Origin: Balanoglossus misakiensis
Taxonomy: Eukaryota > Animalia > Hemichordata
Length of the DNA stretch: 64,000 nucleotides
Assembly (NCBI GenBank): GCA_040954595.2
Contig: CM082581.2
Span: 7,524,059-7,588,058, forward strand
Direction: 5' to 3'
The notes under the pieces were generated by a model. The model saw only the letters and a program-made list of their open reading frames with translations. It had not been told where the DNA came from and did not search any database. Both the position numbers and the translations under genes were made by a program. Shown here one piece after another: positions 49,046 through 64,000 of the stretch. Numbering within the stretch: position 1 is the first letter of the stretch; the number at the start of each line of letters is the position of its first letter.

Positions 49046-52000
49046 CGGTGGATTTCCCCTCTTACATGAAATGTGATTTAGCTCTGATTACAGCGCTTCT
49101 GACCTGTCACGTACACGCACATGACAACATGTGCAACTTCCAGCCAGATGCAATTTATGTCAAAGATAAATGCAAGTGTTACCATGCAAGACACTGAGTT
49201 GGTTTTCTCTAATGTTTTGCTGATCTACGAATGGGTCAATATTTCTTTGTCACAATGACAACGCTATATTTTCTTCATCACTATAAATGAAGGAAGGATT
49301 TCTTTATGGTAATTATGAACACATCTGTACAGTAATCTTCGGTATAAATAAAGGAAAAACAAACATTTCCTTGATTTTTGATATTAGGCAAATTGGTGCC
49401 ATACATGATTGGCCAGTGCTGACAATGTATTAAAACTGGATTGATCCCGGGACTGTACCATAGAGGGCACTGTTCACAAACAAATAGGTTCATTAATTGT
49501 AATGATCAAAGATCACACACTGGTGTAACTTAATACAAACAACCAAACCAAAACACAGATAGAAGATGATGTTATCCTATTGCGAGTTGTTCTTCTTACT
49601 TTACTTTGGGTCATTATTGGGCTTCCCTTGTGTCGACTACATCATGTGCAAGACGCCAATCTCTGGAGTCTGCATGTATTAACAGCAACATAATCCGTGC
49701 CTTCATCTTTTTCTTCACCATCATCACCACCACCACCATCAGCTATTTCATTTTAGAAAGCACAAAAATATCCAGTGAAACCTGCCAGGTGATCTCGAAG
49801 GAAGAAATACAAAGACACAGTGCCTTGTATCAGGATATCCTAATCCCTGTACAACAACCTGCACTCAAAATCGCCCAAAACTACCGCCTGACAACATTGT
49901 TGCATTTCAAACCTGAACGCATGCAGGATACTAGATGCATGCGGCACTGAAATATTTATGAGGGAAGAAATGTTCTCAAAATTTCCAAAGGGTAGGATTC
50001 TTTTTTTTTTCTCCAACTCTATTATGCGAGCGACCTCAAAATAATTAAGCTGAAGAGAGAGAAGAAGCACTTTGCAGTGTACATGTAAACTGTATTAACC
50101 ATAACGGGACATGTGCAAACCTCAAGCATTGTGGGCGACTGTCGCGAACAAATGAGGCACAAATTGGCTGCCAAATTACAAAACGCAGATACCAATTGGC
50201 AGAGATGAAGAATTATGGCTGCAGAATCACATTATACCGACTTTATCAATTATGCACAGAGTCTTATGCCTTATATCGCAGCGCATAAATGACATTTTCT
50301 ACGCTTCAATGACGTTATTAAAATGCATACATTTTCACCTTCGCTCTGGCAGAACTCCACACGTGACACACCAAACACACCTGTATAGTCTGATATTAAA
50401 CCTTCCTCCCATAAAATACTATTTCAAATTTTCTTTAAAATGAGAGAATCCAACTTCAGAATGACTTGGGAAGTCAAAATATCTGATGGAACATAAAATA
50501 ATGACAATCTTCCAATTTATCAAGTGCAGCAATACATTAATATCAGTGGAAGGCTATATGGAATATCTCTGCCATAGTCTCTTTTGTGTCCTGCTTGTTA
50601 TTAAAAATTCATCACCCTCATATAACATTGCTGTTACTACCACTCACTATTCATAGGGCCACTGGATTGGTCATATTACTGCTATGTCTAATTAACACTA
50701 TTACCTTTTGGAGGTCAAATTCAATTTCTTAAAACCCAACCTGTCAGAAATGACCTAGCTCAAATTGAAGTATGGGGTAGGCCGGCCGGCTTGACACTAC
50801 TGATGTTGTAGCCGTTTGACAGGTTGGCTGACAAGTTTTCCCCCGATCCTATCACAAACCCGGGCATTATTAATACTCTGACAAACAACGAGACTGACAC
50901 GCCACAATGAAGTTATTACTGGTATTTGCGATCCCATTGATAAAACGTGAAATGAGTTTGGTACGACGATCCGAACCTATTTGCCTGGGATGACTGTGTG
51001 AGCCAAACAGCCCATATTACTTGCGATTGATCACGCATGAAGAAATCTGCTAAATAAATACAGTCGTTTCCGATAAAGGAAATGTGATGGTAATTTGGGT
51101 AATTCATTTCAGGTTTTTTTTATTGTATATCACCCCCAAGGTTTGTTGTTCTACTCACAAATGTATGCTGAAAGCAACCAGGTATTCAATTTGTCACACC
51201 TGTAGAGCCATCACTGCTATTGAGAACAGGATATTCACAGACAAGAACATGTATTTCTGTTCAAGGGAACTTTTTAAAATAACGCTGCTTTCATTTTAAG
51301 TAAAAGAAAGACAGAGATTAGGGGCCAAACAGCAAATTCCCTGAAATGCCTATTTTGCACATACATGTACATCTAAATATAGCCAGACACCATTATTTAA
51401 TACAATTTGGTGTTCGACATATGTTTGTAATATAACCAACCTGGCTTGCATTAACACACAAACTGAAGTGGGAATGATGAAGACTGTAAAAGCAACTCTT
51501 CAAATCCTCCCTTACAATATTTACCAAATTATCCAATTTCTATATATGATGTGACATTTGTGTAATTAAAGATTCAGCCTGCACCATGCTTTTGCATTCT
51601 GGTGCAAGAAATCCATTTAGATTTCATATTTTACACACACACTTCAGAACTGAACATTAATTTCTAGTTGCATACCAAGCATTACCCGAGACAAGCGGTG
51701 ACATTTTCAAATATTTTAATATTTTTAATGTTCAACTTCCTCCTCGAAAGGGCTTGTAAATTGTAAGTTGACAGAACTCACTTTCACAAGTTTCAGTGAT
51801 GTAGCTTTCAGAAACCTTCACGTTTTCGAAGCTCTTGGTTAGGGGTTAAATAGTTTGAACTCGCTAATATCTCTGAGGGAAAGTTAAGTGGTCTGCTGCT
51901 GACTACAATCAACACGGCAGTCTGACATCACCCGGAATGTTTCTCCGCGTTCTCAGGAAAGGGTAGGGAAAATTTAACGCGCGCCAAAATTGCATGCATA

Positions 52001-55000
52001 AATTTGCATGTATACAACCATTTTTGTGTACCACTACCACCACGAACCCTTCAATCTGCCAATCCTCATTTGAATTTGCTTCCCATGAATCAAAACCTCA
52101 CCGACCCCAATCTTCATTATACTGTCTTGAATATTTGAACGTTCTGACACTTTAATACTGACTGCTATAATAAAGTCTGACGCACATGTGGCCCAAGCTC
52201 GTCGTGGCAACGGAGGTTCGAACTGCCAAGGATGTGAAAGAGTAAGACCGTCACACAAGCTCTCCTGATCGGATCGCGTTTTTGACAAACACAAAGGAAT
52301 TGATGGAATACAGGATTACCATTAACAGGAACCAATTGCAGTCGATCAACAGTAATTCTAAAGGAAATTGTAAATAGGTCGGTTTGATCCGGGGCTTATA
52401 CATCGCCCCCGTGTCCTTTATCATTGGACATGGGAATTTTATGCTGTATGTTATTATCATTGAACCCAATGAAGCAGAAACGGTTACTGCTTGAATCGGT
52501 GATCGTGCAGGTGTTCTCCCACAATGGGGCAAATTCAACCATCTGCTGCTCCCAAATTTTCTTTTAAAAATGATTGACATGATGTCAGAAAAGATCCACC
52601 AGGTCAATCGTTTGACGATTATTAACCCCCAATTTTTTTTTCTCGCTCATCATCAGTCTTGCTTGTTTGATCGTGGGGTGGGGCCGCGACAGATATCCAT
52701 ATTTCTCATATGCTTGTTGGATATCACCACACCCCATCACACAATGATTTACGAGCACGCAGAGCAAGGGAAACCATTTCCCAGTGTATTATTTGCCGTT
52801 ATGAAAATTGATAGTGACACTGTTGGAGTTCATGTCTGTCATCAATTACAAGGTCAACCATGCAGAAACTATCAAGTTTGTATGTGGTATTATTATAATA
52901 TCCAGTGTTTTCCTCTGCAAAATAAACCCTAGTTGCAACCTACATCATATATGTATCAAGTTCCTCCGTCTGAACTCCACAATTTTTAGGATTAGAGGGA
53001 AGGTGCTTGATACTCATAAATTTTTCAATTTTTTTATGCATGATTTCTTTGGCGTTTTTTATTACGGCAGCCGGGTAATGTGACAGGTGAATGTTTGCAT
53101 TGAGATATGTATTGTTTGTAGTTAATAAGGACTTATCAAAAGAGCACAGCTAGAATCCATCACCTGCAAAAGTTTAGCAAACAAGTCTGAGAATAAGAAT
53201 GTCATGGGGGAGGCAACTTTCAGAAAGCACGAAGCTGTACCCACGGCTTGCCCTGGCAAAGACCATCTGGCCGCGGAATCACAAAAAAGAAATTAACAGG
53301 GTATCACCGGAATCCTTGCAGTGGGAAAAGATGCCTTGGATTAACATTGTTTCTCATCATTTGTTCAGCCAGTTTATCAAGATCGGAATGATAGGCTCGA
53401 CTCCGGAGATAATCAGGAGTGTCCTCCATGCTATTACTGAAACTATTCTATTCCATTAACAGGGGGACCCCTGGAGACGGCCAGCGCCGCTCCCGCAAGA
53501 CCGGGACCCAACTTTTACCACCAGCAGCACCATCAGTTTTATTGAATCATTTAAAGGAATGGCTCTGCGACTGATCAGCTCTGGGACAAGCCCAGCTCAG
53601 GTGCAGCCCGTACATGCGCCTTATCAGATCTCCGCTACCTTCCAGCTATTACTCTCCAACGCGGCGTGTCTGCGGGGTGTGCATGCATGCATGCGTGTGT
53701 GCAGAGCGCGCTACGCACCCGCTGGCCCCCCTGATGTCGGGGCGAAGAAACCAAATCAAACCTAGAAATGACTTGCATGTAAAATGCCTTCACAATTTTC
53801 CCCGGGAACATCTGGGAAAGCAATTTGTTGCCGTCGTCGCCGGGCGAGAGCCGTTTTTTTTCTCCCACTGATCAGATATCGCAGCCGGTTTCTGATCTCC
53901 TTCTGCAAGATAGACTAATCAATTTGGTGAAAAAGAACCATTAGTTTACTTGATTGATTGCCTGATTGCCAACTTCACTCCTACTTTGATTGACAGGCGA
54001 CAGACACTTGTCAAATGGTTTCTGTTGCAGGAAAACCACCAGGACTGACAGAGTACAGCACAAATATCACACAGTGTTACCTTTTTTTCTTCAGATTTAC
54101 ATCAAAGAGTTATCTGATCCCCAAATTGCATTATTGAGCATCTGATAGAAGAATCAAATCTTTTCCAAAAGAATAACGTTTTTATAAAGAAACCAGTGTA
54201 TATGGTGCACATAAATTCCTGACTCAAAATCCATTTGGTTCTGTACCAGTTTTATGTAAATGTAGCACTGTTCCCACAGGTCTACAAGTACAACATCATC
54301 GTCAAAGCCTCAGAAGAAACAAACTGTATCACGGCAATCTGGACCAGTAGAAACAGAAAACGCCAAGGACACGACCCATGAGAACAGAATCACTTGGCTT
54401 CCAAGAAACTATAATCCAACAGTCTGGTCTTCGGTAATCACCTGTTGTTATAGTATACTACTTAGTAATTTTGTAAATGCTGTGCTGAGGGCAAGCTGGC
54501 AGGTATACATGTAGGTACATGTGTACATGCAAATTTGTAACCATTACCAGGCCTGCTTCCAAATCATTTCAGGAAATGTCGCATAGCACACGCACACAGG
54601 AAAGACACCCCCTAAAGTCACAATATCCTGGTTTCCCATGAAAGCATCCCCTGCCCATCCATTTATCTGTCATTCCGCGATATTATTACCTAAAGAGAGT
54701 GCTATTTCATCTTCTCTGCACACATCAACTGAACTCTAACTGCACCCACCTCCCTGGATACAGGGACATCTCAATATCTGTGCGTCAATCTAGGAACATT
54801 TCAGATCTTGCAAGGACATCTGGGAGATCCATGATGCAAATCAGGCCCACAGTCTCTCTTTTCTGTTTGTCAAGGTTTACAAATTAGCACTTCATTACAT
54901 TTCTGTATTGTACTTCACACACAGGCCGGCCTTTAACCTTTGACCCTGATACCAATGAACTGTCATATCCTATGGATGACAGGGGGAGCTGACCGAATGC

Positions 55001-58000
55001 ACATGGTGATACTAAGTTTTGATAACAGGCTTGCTTTCACTTGTAGAGCTCTACATGTATTGAGAATAGTTGAGGTTATGGTTAGCTACAAACCTAAGTG
55101 GCTCTTATAATCCAAAACTGGCATTCTATACTTTCAATTACAGATATGCACCTGGTCAGTGGCATTTTTAAGAATATTACAATTCCTCAATAACGCTGCA
55201 TGTCTGGGTAAAACTGAAAGGAAATGCAAAATTCAACACAGCAATTCATTTCTCTGAATCCGAATTAATTGGTCTATTACTTATGTATCAGACACCCAGA
55301 GGGCACCTGTACAAGACTCCATACTGAAGGGGTGCCCGACCTCTGACCCCTGCAGTACGTACGTCCAACCACTGCTTTCTGGTCGGCCAATCACAGACAG
55401 ACTGGTTCAGACAGAGGGGATGAAGTCTTCTACAACGACATTTAAGTTGACATTTCAGTGCAATTACCATTACAAACAAGTCTCTCTTGCATGCAAATGA
55501 TTGGCATATAATAACTACATCCCTGTAGCCAAATTGCTAAGTAACATCTACCACAGGTAATAGAAGCATTTGTAAGGCTTTTGTGGAGGAAAAAAAATGG
55601 CAGCTTCTTAGACATGAAAGATGCCCCCCGGAAAAACATAAAATATGCATTTCTTGCGGATAAAATATTGAATGTGGTATAATTAATAACAGTCAACTGG
55701 GAGCAGGACACAATTATAAGCTCGTAAAAGTAGGTTTTTTTTGTTGGATCGTGGTCACTATGTAGAAATGGTTGATGTCAATTAAAACCAGTCACAAATC
55801 ATAAGTGCCTAGTGTATGTACCTGTTCAGTACCTCATTGCATAGTTACAAACCCGGCAGAGAGATTATGAGTAAACTTGTGTTCATTTCATAGACTCCAT
55901 AGACTTTACATGCGTTGGGATTTTTTGTTTGTTAGTTTGTTTGTCTTAGCCATGACTTTGACGGAATTCATAGTCTGTGAACATTATAGAATAATTACAA
56001 AGTTCTCTGGACTATGAAGTTAATCGTGATAAATTACTCACCAACTAAACTTGCATTTATATATGTACATATCTAAAATCCATGTTTGTATATAATTTAT
56101 ATGCAGATTGCTCAAACATCTAGTCTTTACAGAGTGGGCAAAAATTCGATTAGAGGAGATATTATTTCATCATAAAGCCTGTAACCGCAGATTGTAAGAA
56201 TGATAGCGAGCTGAGTTTCAGTTTTGTATTGAGAATTAATATTTTACTTGGGTATTTAAGTGTGTACGCAAAGACAGTCTAAGGCAAACCGGAAAAAAAC
56301 ACATTTACCTTGGTATATAGTATGTACATATAAGTCTCTTACAAAGACCTTGCATATCAAATACTGTACGCCTAAACCAGGAGACAGATCAAGGTGCCCA
56401 TGTATAACAATCTCTGCCATTCACCTGCAACCCACCCCATGATCAAGGCTGGTAGCCACGTTCTGCATCATGTAATTAGATCAAACAGAATGTCCTGTAG
56501 CCATGTCTCCCAATTACACTTCAACCTGCACAGGCAGACACAGAAAACAAAGATTCGCCAGTTTATTTCACTGGGCCCACACAAATGACATCCAAATTCT
56601 AATTTGACAGTTAATATTTTGTGAAAAGAACTAATAACTGGGCTGTCGGTTTTCCTTTTGTACTCTCAACAAAGTGATCGCTACCGAGGGATGCGAAATA
56701 TGTTGATGAACATCCATCAAGCCTTTTCAGTTTGGTTGATTGAATATAATAATAAATCGAACAAGGGATGAAAAAATCAAGGGTATGAGTGATGGGTTAT
56801 AAAAAAAAATAAGCATTGTGATATTAAACTTCATTTATGGAAGAGTTCACTAACGTGCAAGTTGTAAATGGTGTCATGTCTTGCCACCTTAAGCTTGTTA
56901 AAGATAGTTACTTTGGTCACCTTAAGTGAGCAGAAAAATTATCCTGATCGCATCTTTCACTTTTTTTATGCATGAAGACACCAATCACATAGTCATTTTC
57001 ATGATTCTCTTAGGCTCCAAGATCATCCAAAATGAGCGTACCCAAGATGGCAGGCAGCCCGAAATGGATCTGGGGGAAATGTGATTTAGTGAAATCCCTA
57101 CGCCGCCTTGTCATCTCGGTCACCCTTAATAGGCAAGGATTAACTGTAGTATCATTGTATTTAGGGTGAATATCTCCATCCTAATGCAAGAAACACAGAC
57201 AGATGTATACCCAGAATGCATTTCACCGGAAGCCATTTTGTTCCAGAAATTCCTACGCTATTGTCCCGAGCCCATTTTCTGGATAGACTCTTAACGGGAA
57301 CTCCTAACTTGATTTACATATGCATGGTCTTCTATGCATTAGCCTCAGTCTCTATTACTGTCACACCCACAAACAGGTGGCAGCTGGCTTCATTCTGACT
57401 TCCCGGAATCCAGGCTGGATGGTGATGGTGATAATAACCCAGCTCACATCACTCCCAGGGGATGCCATTCAAAATGAGTTACAGTACACTGTTTATATTT
57501 TCATCTACATGTAATTTTGCAATATTTTTTCCAGGAAGGTTTTATTTTATGATCTTGTACATACCAAAAAGAAACCGATAATTAAATTAATCAGCTCCTG
57601 TATCTTTTATTGCATTTTCCTTACAAAACAAATACCATATTTCAAATTCCATACTTCCCCTTTATGTGTACTCCACTGGTGATGGTCATATATGAATTGA
57701 AAGTCATAAATTATTTGTCAACATCTAATGCTGTATGTATGTTCATTGCTAATGTTTAAAAATTTGCCTGTGGCCACACTTCTGTAAGCATTTTACCGTT
57801 TAGTTGCAGTTATAGCTAGCAGGGCCTTAACTGGAAACATAATTGTACAGTTCAACTGCACAAAAGGTTTTAAACTTGAATGAGTACAATACCGGTAATA
57901 CATGTGAAATGGGTTTGTATTGTCCGAGATAATTGTTTTCTCATTAGTGTGAAAATTACAAGGAAATACAGGCAAACAAAAGCTACATGCTGAGGTCTAC

Positions 58001-61000
58001 CGTGACACTTTCTGACAGGATATCCAGGAGACCACACAGTTCACGCTTACACAGGGACTGAAACACAACCTTTCGTGGCTGGTGCCGTTTTCATCTGGTA
58101 TGCATCATGATCCACACTGACAAACTGTTGAACTGACCATACCGGTGCTCCCGACAAACTGACAATGTCGTGGTACAAACACATAGATCATAATACGTGT
58201 TTTATCCCTTCAACCACAGACGACCCCAGTACAAAGACAGATAGAGTTTTATTCCTGGAATTACCACACAGAAGTATGCCATTCCGGGATTGCAATATGT
58301 AGCACTACCGCAATTACCCCTACATGACCTACATACCACCGGCAGTTCACGGTGAATTCATAGAAATTCACTGCACTGCCTTTGATCCTCCTCAGGATGC
58401 CGAAAGAAGAAAAAAAACAGCCCACAATAAAATGTTTATGGAATATTCAAAAGCTCCGTTTGACACGAACATGTTTCAGTTGGTGCAGGCAGGGCTAAAA
58501 TTCACACGACTTGACTTCCATGTTTAAACAATGTCCACAGACACGCCCACACACCTATCAGCCAATTCAAATGCAATTCTCAGAAGTCCTGGCTGCTACG
58601 TGCAAACATGCTCTCTGCCGCAATTTTCCAGTAAATCGTGTCTTTCCAGAGGAAGCTTAGAAAATGTATATCAACCTCTAACTGCCAATACATGTACATG
58701 TACATCAATGTAATGGGGAGAACAAGCCACTACACTGGCACAGAAATCTAAAAGACAGCCACTCCCATCCCTTCATCATGAATACCATTGCGTGATGTAC
58801 TTTTTGTGTATGTGTGCCCTACCACTGACATGCCCTTTGAAGAGCACGATTTGGTATTCATAACTTGTACCTGTTTTTTCTTCCTGGTTACTGTACAGCC
58901 TGGGAAGCCATTATTTTGGATCTTTATGTTTACTGTACATGTAAGTAATGGCCTTGACCAAGGATTTGAGTATACATAGGCTCTGCCAATGCCAACTAAT
59001 GCCAGCGATTACACACGTACTTGGCCCTGTTTTAAGGATCTATTAATGGACACTGTAAATTAAACCATTTCATACTACATGGGAAAACTGGAATGCAGAA
59101 TGAATACTTTATAATGTGAGAATAATACCAATAAGAGGAAATTTTGTATCAATTTTTGACACTGATAAAATATGACATCTGTAGTTTTAATTAGCAAATT
59201 TTGAGTCTGCATCAAATGTGTTTTTAAGAAGCAAGATTTTCTTCCTTACAGCCACGGCAAATAAAAGACTATTCCACTCTGATTTTGCACTGGGCAACTC
59301 CAGTCAATATCTGGCGCATAGCAGATTATTTTCTTCACCTTTTCTCTCACAATGCCACTTACAAATTTCCATTTCGCCCACCGGCAATGCTTCATCATCA
59401 AAGCCAACTGTTAACAACAGCCACGAGAGTAAGACTTGATAACAAGAACAAATACTGGACATATCCATATCAGGTCTTGTGGCTGGTGGCTATGAATGCA
59501 TCAACTTTCACGTTCGTGCTGCCCCAAAATCAATATCACGACCTTCTATCAGGGAATTAAAGACAACCAGCAGCTTAGTTGCACATAATGCCGCATGAAA
59601 AGGCAAGTGTGTGCCCCCCAGAATGAAAATGTTTGAATCGTCCAAGGCGAAAAAAAAACGTCACAGGCAAAGGCCTATTAAGATCTGAAAACAGCAATAA
59701 CTATCAAGTTTCCCAGGAGTTTGTTGTCTATATAAAAAGAGAAAAAAGTTGAAATTAGGATGGTACCAGAGTAAAGCAGACCAGCAAATAAAAAGCAAGG
59801 GGGTCTTTTAAATAAAGGAAGATGAGTCTGCTTTAATAACCCCCTCCCCACCCATGAATGATGATTATGTAGTCCCCTCCCCTCTTAAAATTCTAATTCC
59901 TATGAGAATATTTCAAATTCATATGTATTCCATGCAAATGTGCACACATATTTGCTACCAGTATCCTACTTCGTATGGTGTGGTGTAAACTGGCTAATGA
60001 TCTTTAGTGATTTAAACGAGCTGAGCTACAAGCTTGAAATGCACGTTTCCATCTCAAAACCCAATTGACACTTAAAAAAAAGAAAACTAAAGCCCTTGAT
60101 TGGATATGCCAGACGCAAGATTTTCAAAGTGTGAGACATCCAACGCTAAAGGGACCAATTAGATTGATTGTGGTTATTGAGATGATCGCTGTAGTCAGTC
60201 GAGGGAGAAAAAAAAACTGAAGTGCTTTTCCTCAAATCAGAAACCACCTAACAACACGGACGGTACTACACACATCATACAGTACATTCTGCAAGTCCGG
60301 TTATCAGTATCAATAACAAATCATCGCTGCGGTACGGTACGTGTTGTCGACTGGTAGGATTGGTTTATAATTGGAGAAAGAGGCTCCACTTGGGGGGACC
60401 CACACAGCCAACCAAGTAACACCGCACGGCCTTTGGGTATTCATCGTCAGAGCAAACAACCGACAATACATCTGTCAGAAAGTGCCACGGAACTATTGGC
60501 ATTCACTGTTTCATTTCACTGCCACCACTGTCAGCTTTTTTCCCCCAGCTCCAATTCCCTTCGGATTTCATCCATTTTTAAAAGCTTAACAGAATGTCAC
60601 TTCCACACTGCATGAAGTGAATACCATATTGTCTCCCAACGACAATGACCAGAGACAGCACCTCGCTCGAGTGTATTTTTTCTAATACCTTTCAATATCA
60701 ATATTAATGATACAATCTCAATATTTGCACAATTCCAATCCACATCACTTTCAGACAGGTGTTTAACTATTCATAGCAGATTTTGATACATACATACATT
60801 AACTTTGCTGTTTTCAATAGCTCATCCAGAAAAAAATGGTGCTGAATGAGTTTATAAAAACTTGGCCTGGCAGCTTAAATTTTGATTTTATTTATGTATT
60901 CATGAAAAATTATTAAAACAACTATGACTCTCTAAAATATGGTAATACGTGTACATGTAAATTAAGTTTACTGGTCTACAAAAAAAAAAAAAAAATACTA

Positions 61001-64000
61001 CATGCTTTACAGAGTTTCCAAGCAAACATAACACTGGGAAATATGCTTTTGCCACTCTACGCATTAAATCAAATTGAATCATACCACATGAACTTAAGAA
61101 GAACAAAACAAGAAATTCTGACAATCGTCATGTACCAAGGAAGTACACATAAACCTTGACGGGTCGAAGGTCAATGACTGTGTGGTCTACTGAGACATGA
61201 CGGAACAAGAAGTTGGTTTGTATGGAATGACCTAGTTCATTAATATACATCTTAGACGTTCCATGGTATGAGCCAGATTATGTGTGATGGGCAATTGAAA
61301 TTCTAATAATTTAAAATTTATGTGCATTTTCTTTCATACCGTATACTGCACATTTTCTTAAAAGTAAATTTTACTTCAAATACATTCACACAGAATGTGA
61401 ATAGACACATACAATATACAAACCAGTGAGTCATAAAGCTCCGATTATTTTTTTCTAAACGTGACTCTATATATTATTGACTTTTGTTTGTGAGCCTTGC
61501 CCACCGACTGGGGTTAGCAAACACACATTACTGCCGGGTTAGATTACCTGCCCGATCACTCAACCCACATCAGCCGCATGCACAGACTGAGAGATGACAA
61601 AAAAACGGATCTGGCAGGCGGCCAGGCATGCATAATGGAAGGCCGCGTTTTCATGCTTTTTTTCTCGCTCTCTCTCTCTCTCTCCCGGCTTATCATTTTA
61701 CAGGTTTCAATAGATAGAGCTGAAGACCAGTAATACACGTCCTTGAATGGCTTTTGCTTCCGCGAGGGAATTGCTTTCCTCTTTCAGGAATATGCATATA
61801 TATATAAAAGCCACCAACTTCTCTTAACTGCCAGGCCTGGTATCTGGGGGGACGCTCGGATACGAAGCGAACGCCGTCTGGGGGACGGCGCGAGTGGAGG
61901 ATTTCTTTTTTTTTTCATTGCGCTGGGAACTGTTGTTCAATATGTATTCAGAATTTGTGATAAACTGCATACTTAATATGTTGAAAAGCCCACCTGCTCG
62001 CCGAGGCCAGTCGTGCCACCTCGACGGGCACACTGGTATTATGAAACATCCTTCCCCCTCACAACGGCATCTCTATGATTGATTCCACTGACCTGTTCCT
62101 GTGCACCATATAAAATTAATACCCTCAATCACACAGCCTATCATTTTCCTATAATGGAAAGCTATTTTGTAAATGTAGTCATTTTTCAGCGTTACCACAG
62201 AAATAGATTATCCCGAGAACCAAAGTGACGACGCGAATGCTAATTTCAATCCTACTCCTCCTGCAATGGCACCTATTCTCCTGGCTTATTCACCAGTTGA
62301 TATTACAATATTACATTCTGGGTAGACCGACCCAACTCGCACACACACACACACACAAAAAGAAGTTTTAATATTTCACCATCTCGAGTGACATCGCGGG
62401 CCCATTCATCGCCACCGTCAGTGACGTGCGGAAGCTTTAGAAAACCTGACAAGTATATAAATCAGTATGAATTTGATGCGTTTGGAGAGCCTAAGCCTGC
62501 CATCTGAGATGATGAACTGCTGTGTGTACCGTGAAAGGCAGACTGGCTGACAGCGCGACCCGGCATAGGGAACAGTCGGCTAATGTTTGCCACTGAAAAG
62601 ACAGAGGACAACTCGGTGCATGACAAGAATGACGATGAGCTCATTTGGCATTCAACTGCCTGTTTAGAATGGACGGCCACACTGGTATACAAGCACACAG
62701 GTCACGCGATCTCTTACATTCAAAAGTAACCGCTTGACCAGAGTACTGCGCCATTTTCAGGTGATTTCAAGGCAAACAAATTTGACAAACTTGACCTCGG
62801 GCATCTATTTTCTGTCACGGCATACAGATGTGTTCCAACTTGTCATGGATAACAAAGCATGCACACGACACCTGAACTTATTTTTGCTCATTAAGTGCAT
62901 GTGCAAATGTGTGGTATGCTCGCATATGCTGAATGTAAAATATACATGCACAGAAGTGGGTTACACTTTCTAATACAGCATAAAGTCAACTAAGGTTGGC
63001 ATGCAACACCTTTTATAAATACATTTTGTACCTCAACTACGCTTTCTTGAGATTTGGGGTCCTTGGGTATGTCATTTGCATGTTTTATACCACATGAATA
63101 TCAATGAATATAGTCAAAGATTTATTAGCCAGACTTTGAACCTTGGTGGAAACTTCAAAGATCCGTCTAAATAACCGGAATGTGACCCAACGGTGTCACA
63201 GCACGCAAGGAAAGTTCAAGCAGAAATATGCAAATAATTTGGTAGTACTAACTGCAGTGAGTTTTAAAGGAAAGATTTCTACTACAAATGTTTATAATTG
63301 GCATTTCTCGTTTGCTTTTCTCTACATTTCCCTAAAAATAACATCCATGTGCTTATTCAAAAAGAACAAAGAATTTACCACAGACAGAAGACAGCACGTT
63401 GAGGAATTTTGTGCATAAGTGTTGCTATCTGTTGTTCATGTAGACTGAATTTCCTTGTGTATCACTATCTTATTGTGTGTGTGCACCAGACAGCAGATGT
63501 TTGCCTTAAATTTAGAAATCAAAGCGGGGCACCAAATCCAGTCCCACTTTTATCAGCTAAACTCTTTTATAACCCGGCCACATACAATGATCATGTAAAA
63601 AAGAGTTTTGCATTCCAGAACTCGACACAGTTGTCCAGTCTCACCACGTGGTCAGACTGACCTTGATCACAGGTCAAACAGGCAATCAGCGACTTCCTCT
63701 AAAGGCTTGTTAAGCTTCTCTCCACACCATCCACGTAGTTGCTGCAGGACATGCACAGACTGGATGCACGAACAACTTCCATACAATACAAGAGAAGCCA
63801 ACAAATGCAGCGTTATCAAGCAAAATTTCTAGAACAATTTCTATGCTTCTGCTGTACATGTACATATAGATATGTTCACTACGCATGTGCACATACATGT
63901 AATATGATTCTTTGACAGAACAGTGGGGAGACACATTTAAGAAGTAAAATGTGAGTGTTTTGTGTGCAGACTGTTATCTCTGGTGCTGGTTCATTAAGAG

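Noticed and set aside
33897-63934. Many 60-127-aa ORFs in the right half of the window
   Set aside because: Mostly non-ATG starts, low-information composition, no recognisable domains and no consistent splice chain.

Overview
AT-rich, intron-rich animal genomic DNA, most likely from an invertebrate deuterostome (inferred from the THAP-type CtBP, vertebrate-like intron positions and the repeat types). I reconstructed five spliced genes by hand from GT-AG junctions and reading-frame continuity. (1) The 5' part of protrudin/ZFYVE27 (minus strand, runs off the left end). (2) A 17-exon GH31 lysosomal alpha-glucosidase (GAA-like, 904 aa), head-to-head with ZFYVE27. (3) A 9-exon AKR1-family aldo-keto reductase (315 aa) ending in the peroxisomal signal -SRL. 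(4) A small secreted resistin/RELM-family protein (97 aa, 3 coding exons) that the ORF track misses entirely; it has only the Cys-rich head domain, and STAT-type motifs lie upstream. (5) A THAP-domain CtBP corepressor (minus strand, 534 aa) whose first THAP exon looks skippable, giving a classical 440-aa CtBP. The remaining ~33 kb (30.8-64 kb) has no credible coding exon and is probably CtBP 5' intron/regulatory DNA. It contains two Helentron-like non-autonomous elements that share a ~239-bp DR1-bearing tandem unit. The best novelty candidate is the head-only resistin-like gene. No searches were run; homology calls rest on recalled family motifs.
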